Part shown: positions 1 through 9,297 of the stretch, one piece after another
How positions within the stretch are numbered: position 1 is the first letter of the stretch
How the letters are laid out: each line of letters starts with the position of its first letter
NCBI GenBank assembly: GCA_001563335.1
Contig: LRSL01000086.1
Coordinates: 1-64,000, forward strand
DNA from: Candidatus Thorarchaeota archaeon SMTZ1-45
Lineage (GTDB): Archaea; Asgardarchaeota; Thorarchaeia; Thorarchaeales; Thorarchaeaceae
DNA length: 64,000 bases
Direction: 5' to 3'
Program-made: the position numbers and the translations under genes
The notes under the pieces: generated by a model
Seen by the model: only the letters and a program-made list of their open reading frames with translations
What the model was told of the DNA's origin: nothing
Database searches by the model: none

Positions 1-55
1 TCACGCCCTTCATCGGCTAGCCAACCAAGTCATCCACCACTGGCCGTTTAGCGAA
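1..55 (-). rRNA. rrl: 23S rRNA, 5' end (gene continues off the left edge)
   Basis: Reverse complement reads ...GCCAGTGGTGGATGACTTGGTTGGCTAGCCGATGAAGGGCGTGA, matching the conserved archaeal 23S 5' pattern GGTGGATG-N-GCCGANGAAGGGCGTG; exact mature end approximate. Confidence 0.88.
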
Positions 56-495
56 TCGCAAATCTACTCATGTGTTGACACAGTATTACCTGTTATCCAC
101 TCAATGTGAACATGATTATCACTAATCATGCCAAGGAGTTATTGTAGTAACATTTCCCTACAATTAATTTGATCAGTGTACCTCCATCCTCTGCAGCCCA
201 CGTGTCTGACTCTCCATGACACACTTCACCGAGTCATCGACGTTGACGGTCCTCCACCGGGAATGGTACCATTCTCATGACCTGGTCCCGATGAACCTTT
301 GTTCAGTGTTAGAGAACTCTGAACTCCGGACCTAACGCTAGCGCACCACCTCTTTGGTGAGCGCTCCGCCAGCCTAATTTGCTGGTGATTTAAAGCTTGC
401 TATACGTCGAGGGCAGTAACCGTCACCGGTGCTACCAGAAACAGCCTCACGACGTTTACGTCGCATAAGACCTTCTCTTCGACGAGAGCACATTA
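56..495 (-). ncRNA. structured pre-23S leader (external transcribed spacer)
   Basis: Non-coding, with several hairpins (111-130, 301-324, 341-364, 450-463), lying between a TATA box and the 23S 5' end. Confidence 0.6.
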
Positions 496-513
496 TTCCC
501 CTCACTATTTGCG

Positions 514-526
514 TATAAAGCTTTTG
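514..526 (-). promoter_or_regulatory. BRE/TATA promoter of the 23S transcript
   Basis: Minus strand CAAAAGCTTTATA: purine-rich BRE followed by TTTATA. Confidence 0.6.
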
Positions 527-548
527 CCAGAGGCGACATTTTCGAGCT

Positions 549-1256
549 CTATTTCACTAACAACGCTTCATTTTGAGCCTTGATGAGGTCTGAGATGCCC
601 TTTGTTGCAAGGTCCAACATCTCATTCATAACATCACGACCAAAGGTGGCACCCTCTGCAGTTCCTTGTATTTCAACAAATTCATTCCCACGCATTACTA
701 TGTTCATATCAACATCAGCCTGAACATCCTCAAAATAACAGAGATCAAGCAAGACCTCATTTTTGATTACTCCGACACTAACAGCTGCAACATTGCTGGA
801 GATTGGACTTTGGGAGATCATTTCCATGTCAGTCATATATTGGACAGCATCGCAGAGTGCAACGTAGGCACCTGTGATTGATGCAGTACGAGTCCCACCA
901 TCAGCCTGAATGACATCGCAGTCTATTCGGATAGTGTTTTCTCCGAGTTGAGTCATATCGACTGCAGTCCTAAGCGAACGTCCAATCAGTCGTTGGATTT
1001 CTTGTGTTCTTCCACTGACCTTGTATCGATTCATACGGTCATCTGTAGAGCGTGGTAGCATCCCATATTCAGCTGTCACCCAGCCCTGTCCCTTCCCGTT
1101 GAGCCAGCCTGGAACACCCTCCTCAACTGTTGCAGTGCAAATAACCTTGGTTTCTCCAGTTGCGATTAAGACCGATCCCTCTGGATGTTTGAGGAAATTA
1201 CGTGTGAATTCAATGGGCCTGAGCTCGTCATTGACCCTACCGTCTACTCTGGGCAT
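549..1256 (-). CDS. rph: ribonuclease PH, bacterial type
   Basis: [63 protein letters not shown] and EIQGTAEG are bacterial RNase PH signatures. Confidence 0.92.
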   Translation of the reverse strand: MPRVDGRVNDELRPIEFTRNFLKHPEGSVLIATGETKVICTATVEEGVPGWLNGKGQGWVTAEYGMLPRSTDDRMNRYKVSGRTQEIQRLIGRSLRTAVDMTQLGENTIRIDCDVIQADGGTRTASITGAYVALCDAVQYMTDMEMISQSPISSNVAAVSVGVIKNEVLLDLCYFEDVQADVDMNIVMRGNEFVEIQGTAEGATFGRDVMNEMLDLATKGISDLIKAQNEALLVK

Positions 1257-1381
1257 AGCAACGCTTTTGATAATCGACTATTAATTAGTGTCGGGGCTCA
1301 TATTAGATAGTTTTATTGACGTTCGTCCCACTGTGAAGAGTTGTCAGAATATACTAGAGAACATTGGAGAGGAATAAATAG

Positions 1382-2413
1382 ATGCCAGACATTCGTAAAC
1401 GTTTCACTGATGCGCTCAAAGACACAGTCAATGAATGGAAACCCCATAAGAATGTGAAGGGCATTTTTGTTTATGGGTCCTATGTGAGAGGTACAGCCAC
1501 CGCAAACTCCGACTTAGACATATGCATTGTTTGGGATGCCGATGAGGCGCCAGTGAGACTGATGTCCACACATAAAGAAGTACTGGTGGACATGGTCTTC
1601 ATGACAGTCAAAGAAGTTGAGAGTGTATTTGAAGAGATTACTAAAGATGTTACGAAAATATCAGAAGTCATCAATCGTTTGAAAAACTCTCTCGTGATGC
1701 ACGATAAAGATGGATTGGTAAATGATTGGCAAAAGAAAGCAGCTAATTATGTATGGTCTGAAGAATCTATTTCACAGGTTAAGAAACTAGCCATGGAATA
1801 TTTGGAAAGAGCGAAAAGGTTCGCTGAGGAAGATGAGGCGCCTAGTGCAATTTTCGAGATGCGTGAAGGCATATTCAACCTTGGACGTGTGATTCTCATG
1901 GTGAACAACAACTTTCTGATACTCAAACCAGCGGAGGTGTTGACCGAGGTCAGATTACTCGATCCCATGACCTATTCTTTGTTCTTAAGAGCTTTCAAAT
2001 TGAAGGGTATGGATGAACCCAAACTATTGGCTGTGCTTAATGACTTACGTCAATGGTTAGGTATTGCTGAATCGCGAGTAGGTGATGTAAAACTTGACGA
2101 GCAAGCCTTACTCGCTACAGGACTCATATCACAGGCTCAGAGAGAGTATCATGGATCGTTAGGATTGACATATAGCGGAGACTATGAGTTAGCAGTCCTT
2201 GAGATGCGTCAAGCAGCATGTTCCCTTGGAAGAGCACTCATCACAATCAAGGAGTTCTCCAGTCTGGTAGATGGTATGTTTATGGACCAACTTAGTGAAA
2301 CTGAACCTGGATTCTATGAAGAAATACTCGTGGAGCATGGTGCATATGATATACTTCCAAAAGAGATAACGAGGATTATTGGAGAAGCACAGTTCATTGC
2401 ACAACGCCTCTAA
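1382..2413 (+). CDS. minimal nucleotidyltransferase (MNT) fused to two HEPN-like helical repeats
   Basis: YGSYVRGTATANSDLD (GS-x10-DxD); repeated helical units AIFEMREGIFNLGRVIL and AVLEMRQAACSLGRALI. Confidence 0.7.
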   Translation: MPDIRKRFTDALKDTVNEWKPHKNVKGIFVYGSYVRGTATANSDLDICIVWDADEAPVRLMSTHKEVLVDMVFMTVKEVESVFEEITKDVTKISEVINRLKNSLVMHDKDGLVNDWQKKAANYVWSEESISQVKKLAMEYLERAKRFAEEDEAPSAIFEMREGIFNLGRVILMVNNNFLILKPAEVLTEVRLLDPMTYSLFLRAFKLKGMDEPKLLAVLNDLRQWLGIAESRVGDVKLDEQALLATGLISQAQREYHGSLGLTYSGDYELAVLEMRQAACSLGRALITIKEFSSLVDGMFMDQLSETEPGFYEEILVEHGAYDILPKEITRIIGEAQFIAQRL

Positions 2414-2419
2414 GCTAGA

Positions 2420-3028
2420 TTGATTAGGTTGGTCTTGATTTCAAAGACTGTGTTTTCCATGCATAATATCGAGATACTGAAACTGTTGAGCGTTTCTTTG
2501 ACAAGAGACAAGCAGAGTATACTCGAAGAAGAGCTTCAGAAATATGGAGCTGCTACCAATTGGACAATAAAACAAATACTAAAGAAAGGTCTTTCGTCAA
2601 GATCAAGAACTATTGAGGAGTTGCAGGATAACTTCTCAATTATGTTTGACAAGAGAAATACGTATCTCGATGATGTGGTGAAAACTGCAAGTGCGGAGAT
2701 TACCAAGCACCGCAAGCTTGCCAAGACTATACGCACTATGAGAGATAAGACTCCATTTTTTAAACCAGGTCGACTGATTTTCTCGCAGCCTATAGTTAAG
2801 TTGAGCGACAAAGCAGTTACCCTGACTCTCTCTGATGGGAGCCTACTTCCAATACCCTTCGACAAACGTAGTAGAAATCGAGTTGCGGAAAAGATATCAG
2901 CTATCCTTAGAGGATCAAGAGAGGGAGAGGTCAATAGAAACTATGACCGCATCAGAATCACTTGGAACAAAGAGGGATTTGCGGATATTGACATTAGAGC
3001 TATGAGGCAGAATTCAATGAGCAGTTAG
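2420..3028 (+). CDS. basic protein resembling the N-terminal WED/REC half of TnpB/Cas12f, without RuvC (start may be ATG 2459)
   Basis: By-eye pattern similarity (ILEEELQKYGAATNW; KTPFFKPGRL; ISAILRG...RIRITWNKEGFADIDI); begins 6 nt after the MNT stop. Confidence 0.45.
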   Translation: MIRLVLISKTVFSMHNIEILKLLSVSLTRDKQSILEEELQKYGAATNWTIKQILKKGLSSRSRTIEELQDNFSIMFDKRNTYLDDVVKTASAEITKHRKLAKTIRTMRDKTPFFKPGRLIFSQPIVKLSDKAVTLTLSDGSLLPIPFDKRSRNRVAEKISAILRGSREGEVNRNYDRIRITWNKEGFADIDIRAMRQNSMSS

Positions 3029-3029
3029 A

Positions 3030-3917
3030 TTACAGTGAAGGAATCCATGATACTATAGAGCCAGATAAATCAGCAGTGTAGATTTTTGTTCCATCCAAAG
3101 ACCAAGCAATTGACGATATTCCTGTCACTAATTGACCTAGTGCTACTTCGGTGTTCTTCTCTAAAGACCAGATTCGGATTGTGCGGTCCCAGCTGGTGGA
3201 GGCGAGGAATTGTCCAGTAGGGTCCACGGAGAGCGCGCTTGTAATATCTGAATGTCCTGACATCTTAGATTTCTCGCTGGTGTTAGCAACATTGACTTTG
3301 ACTATTACTCCGCTTTGAAGCCCTAAGAAAACACTTGAACCATCTGATGTAACTGCCATCGACCTTATGCGGTCCTTCTGTTTTGTTAGGATTTTTTCAG
3401 ACTCATAAGATGATAAGTCCCACAACCTACATGTTCCATCGTATGATGATGTCACAAGTTTCTGGTCTTCATCAATTAATGCTATGCCAGAGATGTCAGA
3501 GTAGTGAGCTTGGAGATTTCTGATGGTTTTCAAGCTGCGCAATGAGAATACCTTCACCATTCCATCACGAGAACCTGAAGCACCTTTTCCTAGCCTCAAT
3601 GAAACAGTAAGAGACTTCACTTCTGAAGGGTGTTTGAGAATAAGAGTTTCCTCAGGATTTTTTACATTCCACAATCGTGTGGTTTGGTCCCAGCTGCATG
3701 AAAGAATAGCATTTGAAGTTCCTACAAAGGATACATCAGTCACTGCACCATCATGACCAGTAATTCCTCGTTTTGTTTTTCCTGACCGAGGATCGATCAA
3801 AAGTATTTCCGAGTCCATTTTTCCACAGGCGATTAGGCGACCTTTCGGAGATATTGAAATACTTGTCAGTGGAGAGGGTGAACTATCAGTTGGTTTATAG
3901 AGGTCTAGCTTCTCCAC
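3030..3917 (-). CDS. WD40-repeat beta-propeller protein
   Basis: Repeated GH...SxDxTxRLW[DN] units, about 7 blades. Confidence 0.92.
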   Translation of the reverse strand: MEKLDLYKPTDSSPSPLTSISISPKGRLIACGKMDSEILLIDPRSGKTKRGITGHDGAVTDVSFVGTSNAILSCSWDQTTRLWNVKNPEETLILKHPSEVKSLTVSLRLGKGASGSRDGMVKVFSLRSLKTIRNLQAHYSDISGIALIDEDQKLVTSSYDGTCRLWDLSSYESEKILTKQKDRIRSMAVTSDGSSVFLGLQSGVIVKVNVANTSEKSKMSGHSDITSALSVDPTGQFLASTSWDRTIRIWSLEKNTEVALGQLVTGISSIAWSLDGTKIYTADLSGSIVSWIPSL

Positions 3918-3985
3918 GCCAAATCACCGAAAGATTGGTACTAATCAATAATCATTGTAGGTTCGGTTTAAAGGTGTGTAACATT

Positions 3986-4975
3986 CTAATTTCTCTTTAC
4001 CTTCATATAGATTATCGGGATTGAAAGGACAATAACCACTATAACTCCTATGATAAGAAGTATCGGTGGATTCAGAATGTACTCTGTATTACTATAAGCT
4101 TCTTCCACAATAAAGACTTCCAAGACTTCACCGACTGTTTCAAGACTTTCTGCACTGCACTTGTCTGGCGTGTCCTCAAGGGTGTGCCAATAAGTGGGGA
4201 ATGGGTATTGAATAATGTCAACAGCCGGGATACCAATATTCAGAAAGGGTCTATGATCATCGAGTATTGATGCACCATAAGAATCAATGAATGTGTCATT
4301 ATGTCCTAATTGGTCAGCAATTGTCCAGATGGAGTTTTGAAGAGAGGTCGTGGAACTACGCTCACGAGGTAGTTCGAGGTTAATGTCACCCACCATGTCG
4401 ACCAAGACCATTGCATGAATTGCATCTCTACGTTCTGTGCTCAGTTGGGAAACATAGTACGTTGATCCTTGAATCCAATCCCATCCTGAGATTCCACCTG
4501 AGTCTTCAGCATCAAAAAGAACAATCTCTATAGAGGAGCGGGTGTTATTAGGAAGAACATTCGCTAGTTCTAAAAGAACAGCAACCCCACTTGCCCCATC
4601 ATTTGCTCCAACACCTGAACCAGAGTCAGAGGAACCAGGTGGTCGTGTATCATAGTGCGCTCCAAGGATAATCGGTGAATTGTTTTGTGAGTTCCAAGTT
4701 GCAATGATATTTACGCAATTGACATTCATATAGGTGAAGTTCTGAAATTTGACATCCCATCTAAAAGATTCGAAATTTTCAGCTAACATACCTCTACAGA
4801 GGCTAAGATTCTCTGAACCTGGTGGACGAGGGCCAAAATCACACTGGTCAATCAGATACGAGTATGCATCGAGTCCATTGAACAAGGGAATATGAGAAAT
4901 TTGTAGCATATTAATCGGACTTGCAGAAAAACCAACTAACAAGATCACAATCAGTCCAATATTCAAGCATTTCAT
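3986..4975 (-). CDS. M28 family peptidase / glutaminyl cyclase-like, secreted and membrane-anchored
   Basis: GAHYDTR, GANDGASG, FDAED, DDHRPF and YWHT motifs; N-terminal signal and C-terminal TM helix. Confidence 0.88.
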   Translation of the reverse strand: MKCLNIGLIVILLVGFSASPINMLQISHIPLFNGLDAYSYLIDQCDFGPRPPGSENLSLCRGMLAENFESFRWDVKFQNFTYMNVNCVNIIATWNSQNNSPIILGAHYDTRPPGSSDSGSGVGANDGASGVAVLLELANVLPNNTRSSIEIVLFDAEDSGGISGWDWIQGSTYYVSQLSTERRDAIHAMVLVDMVGDINLELPRERSSTTSLQNSIWTIADQLGHNDTFIDSYGASILDDHRPFLNIGIPAVDIIQYPFPTYWHTLEDTPDKCSAESLETVGEVLEVFIVEEAYSNTEYILNPPILLIIGVIVVIVLSIPIIYMKVKRN

Positions 4976-5013
4976 TGTTGAACCGACCAGTGAATAGGTA
5001 CCTATGAAGGTTT

Positions 5014-6243
5014 TCAGTTTGGTGAATTGAGATGGGAATGAACGACTTGTTTAACGATTGTTGGAAACTCCCGTGGTAACCTTTTGAGCACAATGTAGGG
5101 AATATCTGCATAACCAATCTCACCACGAGCCACCATTGTCATTATCTCGGATGCCAGTTTATGTCCGTTCACTCTTGGTAGAATAAAATCTGCAAGTGAG
5201 GGGCCTCTGACTCCAACTCGAGCAGCTAGAGCAAAATTTGCTGAGAATTCTTTGATACAAAGGTCTTGGTATTTTGAAAGCGCATCTTCATCATACCGAT
5301 TTTCATCATATGCCTTCTTAATGATCGAGGCTGCAAATTCACCTGATTTCATTGCGTAGGCGATACCTTCGCCCATAAGTGGGTCTACAAAGCCGGCAGC
5401 ATCTCCAATTAGGATTGCACGCTGTGTCACATTCTTACTACCAAGACCATCTCCACCAAGGAAGAAGGTTCTTCTCTTCTCAAGATTTAAACCAACACCG
5501 ATACGTTTCTCTACACTTCTGCAAAACGAATCGAATCGTGGTCTAAGAGCTCGCATATGTACACCAGCTCCTGCAATCCCAATCGCGAGGTGTTCCCTTT
5601 TTGGAAAAACCCACCCATAGCTAACTCGACCTTCAACTGGACGGACTTCGAGGATAGTTGGATTTCCTCCCGTCGCCTTTAGTACACCTGATTCTCCAAC
5701 AAAGAAGTCTGTTTCCATTCCAAGACCAACTTTAGTCAAATCCTTCCGTTTTGGTCTTAGTCCTAATGCCCTACTCACGATAGAGTTCACTCCATCAGCT
5801 CCAAGGAGGTATTTTGTTTTGAACTCAGTTCCGTCAGCAAGTCTTACACTTGCTGAGTCTGATGATACTGATGCATCCGTGACTGGCGAGTTGTCAATTA
5901 GTTCTGCTCCCACATCATTTGCTCGTCTAGCTAGGAACTCATCAAAGCGGTCGCGAAAGACTGTAATTCCAATTAGCTTGTCTGAAACGAACTCGGTTGC
6001 CTGTCCGTCTTGCAAGAGAAATCTAAGTCCGAATATGCGTTGTTCAACTAAATTACGAGGTAGCTGACCTCGAATTAGATGGAGGCCTCGATACATTACG
6101 GCTCCACCACATGGCTTCTCTCGTGGTAGCTTGTATTTTTCAAGTAGCAATGTCTTGAGCCCATATTTTGCACAATCATGAGCAGCAATAGAGCCAGCAG
6201 GACCTGCACCGACGACAATGACATCATATGTCAAAGATAACAT
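5014..6243 (-). CDS. geranylgeranyl reductase family FAD oxidoreductase
   Basis: YDVIVVGAGPAG, KPCGG, YGWVFPK, GDAAGFVDPLMGEGI; start placed at ATG 6243 after GGAGGT. Confidence 0.9.
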   Translation of the reverse strand: MLSLTYDVIVVGAGPAGSIAAHDCAKYGLKTLLLEKYKLPREKPCGGAVMYRGLHLIRGQLPRNLVEQRIFGLRFLLQDGQATEFVSDKLIGITVFRDRFDEFLARRANDVGAELIDNSPVTDASVSSDSASVRLADGTEFKTKYLLGADGVNSIVSRALGLRPKRKDLTKVGLGMETDFFVGESGVLKATGGNPTILEVRPVEGRVSYGWVFPKREHLAIGIAGAGVHMRALRPRFDSFCRSVEKRIGVGLNLEKRRTFFLGGDGLGSKNVTQRAILIGDAAGFVDPLMGEGIAYAMKSGEFAASIIKKAYDENRYDEDALSKYQDLCIKEFSANFALAARVGVRGPSLADFILPRVNGHKLASEIMTMVARGEIGYADIPYIVLKRLPREFPTIVKQVVHSHLNSPN

Positions 6244-6320
6244 GAACCTCCCTCGGGTTCTATGAAGACATTCAGAGCACAACCCGGTGATTTCTCGTTA
6301 ATATGTTGAACTATTTAGCT

Positions 6321-7151
6321 TTAGCATTGATTCATAATGAACTCAAAAGTATCAGAAGTAGAGTGGACGTCTACCCCTATCTTTTCTCGAATCACTTGTT
6401 CATACGCTGGATTGATTTCATAACCAATTGAGTTCCGTCCTAGCTCTCGAGCAACCTTTAGTGTTGTTCCACTGCCAGCAAATGGGTCAAGAACTGTATC
6501 GCCAATAAAGGAATATAATCGAATGCATCTTCGAGGAAGTTCCTCAGGAAATGGTGCAGGGTGACTTTCCTGTTTGGCGGAAGCTGTCTGGAATTCCCAA
6601 ATTGAGTTCTGAACCCAATCTGTAAATTCACTATGCGTTATCGAAGATGCCTCTTTAATTTCTTTATCAATAGGTGGTCTCCTTCCACTCTTTGAAAATA
6701 CAACAATCCATTCATACGGATATGTGGATAGAAGATTTGGAGGATATGGATAAGACCCCCAAGAACTGAATCTCACAGACTTTCGTTTATCCCAGATATA
6801 CAATGAATGAAAATACATGTTGCCAAGTGAATTCATGAATTCCTCAAGATCGGGTAAGACTGTTTTTGTGACCCTACGACTAAACTTAGTTTTCTTTCCT
6901 GTGAGCAGAATGGGCATAATGTTGATTATTAGCTTACCATCTGGGACTAGTTTCTTCACACACTCTCGAAAAACATCACAGATGGATTCGAAATATTCCT
7001 TATAGCTTGTGGATTTTTGCCCAATCCCTCTCTCATCACCATAGTCCTTAAGGTTCCAATAAGGAGGTGAAGTCACAACAAGGTGGACAGAGGCGTCTTG
7101 CACTTCATTCATGCATGTGCTATCACCAATAACGACCAGATGGTGGGTCAA
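6321..7151 (-). CDS. DNA amino-methyltransferase (N4-C/N6-A), beta motif order
   Basis: VTSPPY near N-terminus; HPAPFP and VLDPFAGSGTT near C-terminus. Confidence 0.9.
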   Translation of the reverse strand: MTHHLVVIGDSTCMNEVQDASVHLVVTSPPYWNLKDYGDERGIGQKSTSYKEYFESICDVFRECVKKLVPDGKLIINIMPILLTGKKTKFSRRVTKTVLPDLEEFMNSLGNMYFHSLYIWDKRKSVRFSSWGSYPYPPNLLSTYPYEWIVVFSKSGRRPPIDKEIKEASSITHSEFTDWVQNSIWEFQTASAKQESHPAPFPEELPRRCIRLYSFIGDTVLDPFAGSGTTLKVARELGRNSIGYEINPAYEQVIREKIGVDVHSTSDTFEFIMNQC

Positions 7152-8254
7152 TCTGACCTTCTACCTCCTTTAGCGAGATTCCACACTATAATCTGCTCTT
7201 TCCTCTTTGTTTTGTTAATCTTATCCCAGAGTCTACTTGCTGTGTTTGTGTATTCACGCTCAACAATATATGGATGATTCCAAGGGGCAATCTCAGCGAA
7301 GAAGTCAGACCCTTTGATTAGTTTTCCACGAACTTTACGGTCGCCTACCACGAATATAACAAGCGATTCATCATGAATAACTCTGTCTATCGCGAGCAAT
7401 GCCTGCTTCATATCTTCATTATATGTTGAGTAATTCTGAATGAGGCCTTCGCGGACTGAAGCTCTGTCCATGGCAAGAATCTCAAGTACAATCTTTGAGT
7501 AATACCCAGTATAGTCCAGAGCATCAAAATATGGAGGGCTTGTGTAGACAATATCTACCGACTCCTCCTCAATAATCTCATGAATTCTACGTGTATCATA
7601 AGCATGAATCTTTGCTGGGGGTCCATTATTCATGAAATCGATGTGTTTTTTCGCTTTTCTGAGAAGGGTTGAGTAGAAGTCAACCTTACGTAATGACTCA
7701 TTGATACGACCTATCGAAGTAGATGTCCATAACCAACCGTTACAGGCTCGGGCTGCAACACATATCGATCCATAGAATGCTGCTCGAAGATAAGAAGAGA
7801 ATTTGGTTGAAACTTTCAAAACCCTCATGATTTGGTCAGCTGTATCAGAATGAAAATATTTGGCGGGGTTATCAGGCATGCTTGGGACATTGTCTAGGAG
7901 GCTAGCATCAATAATTGCTGATGATAACATGTCTAACTCATATCGTGTATCTATGGGTTCGGTTTTCCCACGGGCTATAATGCAAGCTAGGGGATTATTA
8001 TCCACTCCAATCGCACTCATGCCGTGTGTTTGTGCTTCATAGATGATTGTGCCAGTTCCACAGAATGGATCCAGCAGAACAGCCTTTGATGACAGCTGTG
8101 AGATAACATGTGCTGCATCTAATGCAGACATCTTTCCTCGATAGGGATAGATGCCGTGTATTGATTTAGGATTATTGACCTTCCCAAAATGATGTAGCGT
8201 GATTTGTGAGCCTGAGTCACAGAATATGCTACTGCGAATCTCTGACTCCTGCAT
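7148..8254 (-). CDS. DNA amino-methyltransferase (likely N4-C), alpha motif order
   Basis: HGIYPYRGKM and LLDPFCGTGT precede YTSPPY; 4-nt overlap with the next MTase gene. Confidence 0.85.
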   Translation of the reverse strand: MQESEIRSSIFCDSGSQITLHHFGKVNNPKSIHGIYPYRGKMSALDAAHVISQLSSKAVLLDPFCGTGTIIYEAQTHGMSAIGVDNNPLACIIARGKTEPIDTRYELDMLSSAIIDASLLDNVPSMPDNPAKYFHSDTADQIMRVLKVSTKFSSYLRAAFYGSICVAARACNGWLWTSTSIGRINESLRKVDFYSTLLRKAKKHIDFMNNGPPAKIHAYDTRRIHEIIEEESVDIVYTSPPYFDALDYTGYYSKIVLEILAMDRASVREGLIQNYSTYNEDMKQALLAIDRVIHDESLVIFVVGDRKVRGKLIKGSDFFAEIAPWNHPYIVEREYTNTASRLWDKINKTKRKEQIIVWNLAKGGRRSD

Positions 8255-8336
8255 GGTGTTTCTAGTACTGCACTACTCCACTAAAAATCTGTTCAGTTGT
8301 TAAAAGTTCAATAAAGATTAGAAACCTCTACACATT

Positions 8337-8453
8337 TCACAACCAATCTCCAGCAAGTTCCAGCGCTTTATGAGCCTCAGCTTTCATCATAAGATAGGAT
8401 CTTACTTCATTGCTTGATTGGGATTCAGAATCCACAGCAATTATTGATACCAC
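8337..8453 (-). CDS. putative 38-aa small protein (MVSIIAVDSESQSSNEVRSYLMMKAEAHKALELAGDWL)
   Basis: GTG-started ORF filling the gap downstream of the phosphorylase gene; read manually. Confidence 0.35.
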   Translation of the reverse strand: MVSIIAVDSESQSSNEVRSYLMMKAEAHKALELAGDWL

Positions 8454-8473
8454 CAATCTCTAGTAGGACAAGA

Positions 8474-9271
8474 CTAGTTCGATTCTTCCAGCTTATCGAT
8501 TGCATTGACCACAGCATCAAGTGACTTTGCAATTGCCTCAACGAGCAAGGGGTCTTGCTCTCCAGTTTCTTCTCCTTCCTCAGCTTGTTCTGTCTTTTGT
8601 GCTCCATGGAGATTGCCATCACATGAGAGAATTGCAGCAGCATCCAGACCACGAGTTTGCGCAAATGTGAAGAGAAGTGAGGCTTCCATCTCAACGCTCT
8701 TCACTCGAGCCTTGGTCCATAGGTCCAGTTGATTGAGCGCGGGGTTCACATAGTAAATGTCTGAGGTCCAATTGATACCCGCATGTATACGGTCGGATGG
8801 TAATAACTCAGAGATGCTTTCAAAGATCGCAATAAACCATTTGGGAGATGCCACAGCAGGGTATTCCATTGGAGCATAGTTAAGACTGGCACGCTCATCA
8901 CGTACGCATGCAGTTGGAACGACCACATCACCAACCTTCACAGAGGGGTCGATGCCTCCGCAACTACCTAGACGAATAATTACTTTGCAATCGAGTTTGG
9001 CTAACTCTTCAATGCATATATGGGTCGAAGCAACTCCCATGCCAGTACCAGAAATGGTGACAGGTATGTCGTTTGGAGTATATGCTCGATAAGTAACAAG
9101 TCCACGATATCGTGCAACTTCTTCTGGATCTTTCATCCTGGATACTATCACAGGCACGCGATCTGGATTACCTGTGATAATGACGTGTTTCTCTACATCT
9201 CCTTCTCCAACTCTAAGATGCGGCTGAATTCGTTTCTTCAATGGAATCACCTGACAAAATTCAGGTCCCAT
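8474..9271 (-). CDS. nucleoside (uridine/purine) phosphorylase, PNP_UDP_1 family
   Basis: ITGNPDRV, GTGMG, IIRLGSCGG, SVEMEAS. Confidence 0.88.
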   Translation of the reverse strand: MGPEFCQVIPLKKRIQPHLRVGEGDVEKHVIITGNPDRVPVIVSRMKDPEEVARYRGLVTYRAYTPNDIPVTISGTGMGVASTHICIEELAKLDCKVIIRLGSCGGIDPSVKVGDVVVPTACVRDERASLNYAPMEYPAVASPKWFIAIFESISELLPSDRIHAGINWTSDIYYVNPALNQLDLWTKARVKSVEMEASLLFTFAQTRGLDAAAILSCDGNLHGAQKTEQAEEGEETGEQDPLLVEAIAKSLDAVVNAIDKLEESN

Positions 9272-9297
9272 TACTTACTTTTACACTGTTCGGTTTT

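Noticed and set aside
130-495. Pre-23S region as SRP RNA, RNase P RNA or a 16S 3' end
   Set aside because: Lacks the SRP helix-8 motif, the RNase P GAGGAAAGUCC motif and the 16S GGATCACCTCC end
666-1284. Plus-strand ORFs antisense to rph, and the many similar short antisense ORFs in the track (e.g. 40835-41422, 55145-55840, 57181-57669)
   Set aside because: Shadows of well-supported genes on the opposite strand, with no motifs of their own
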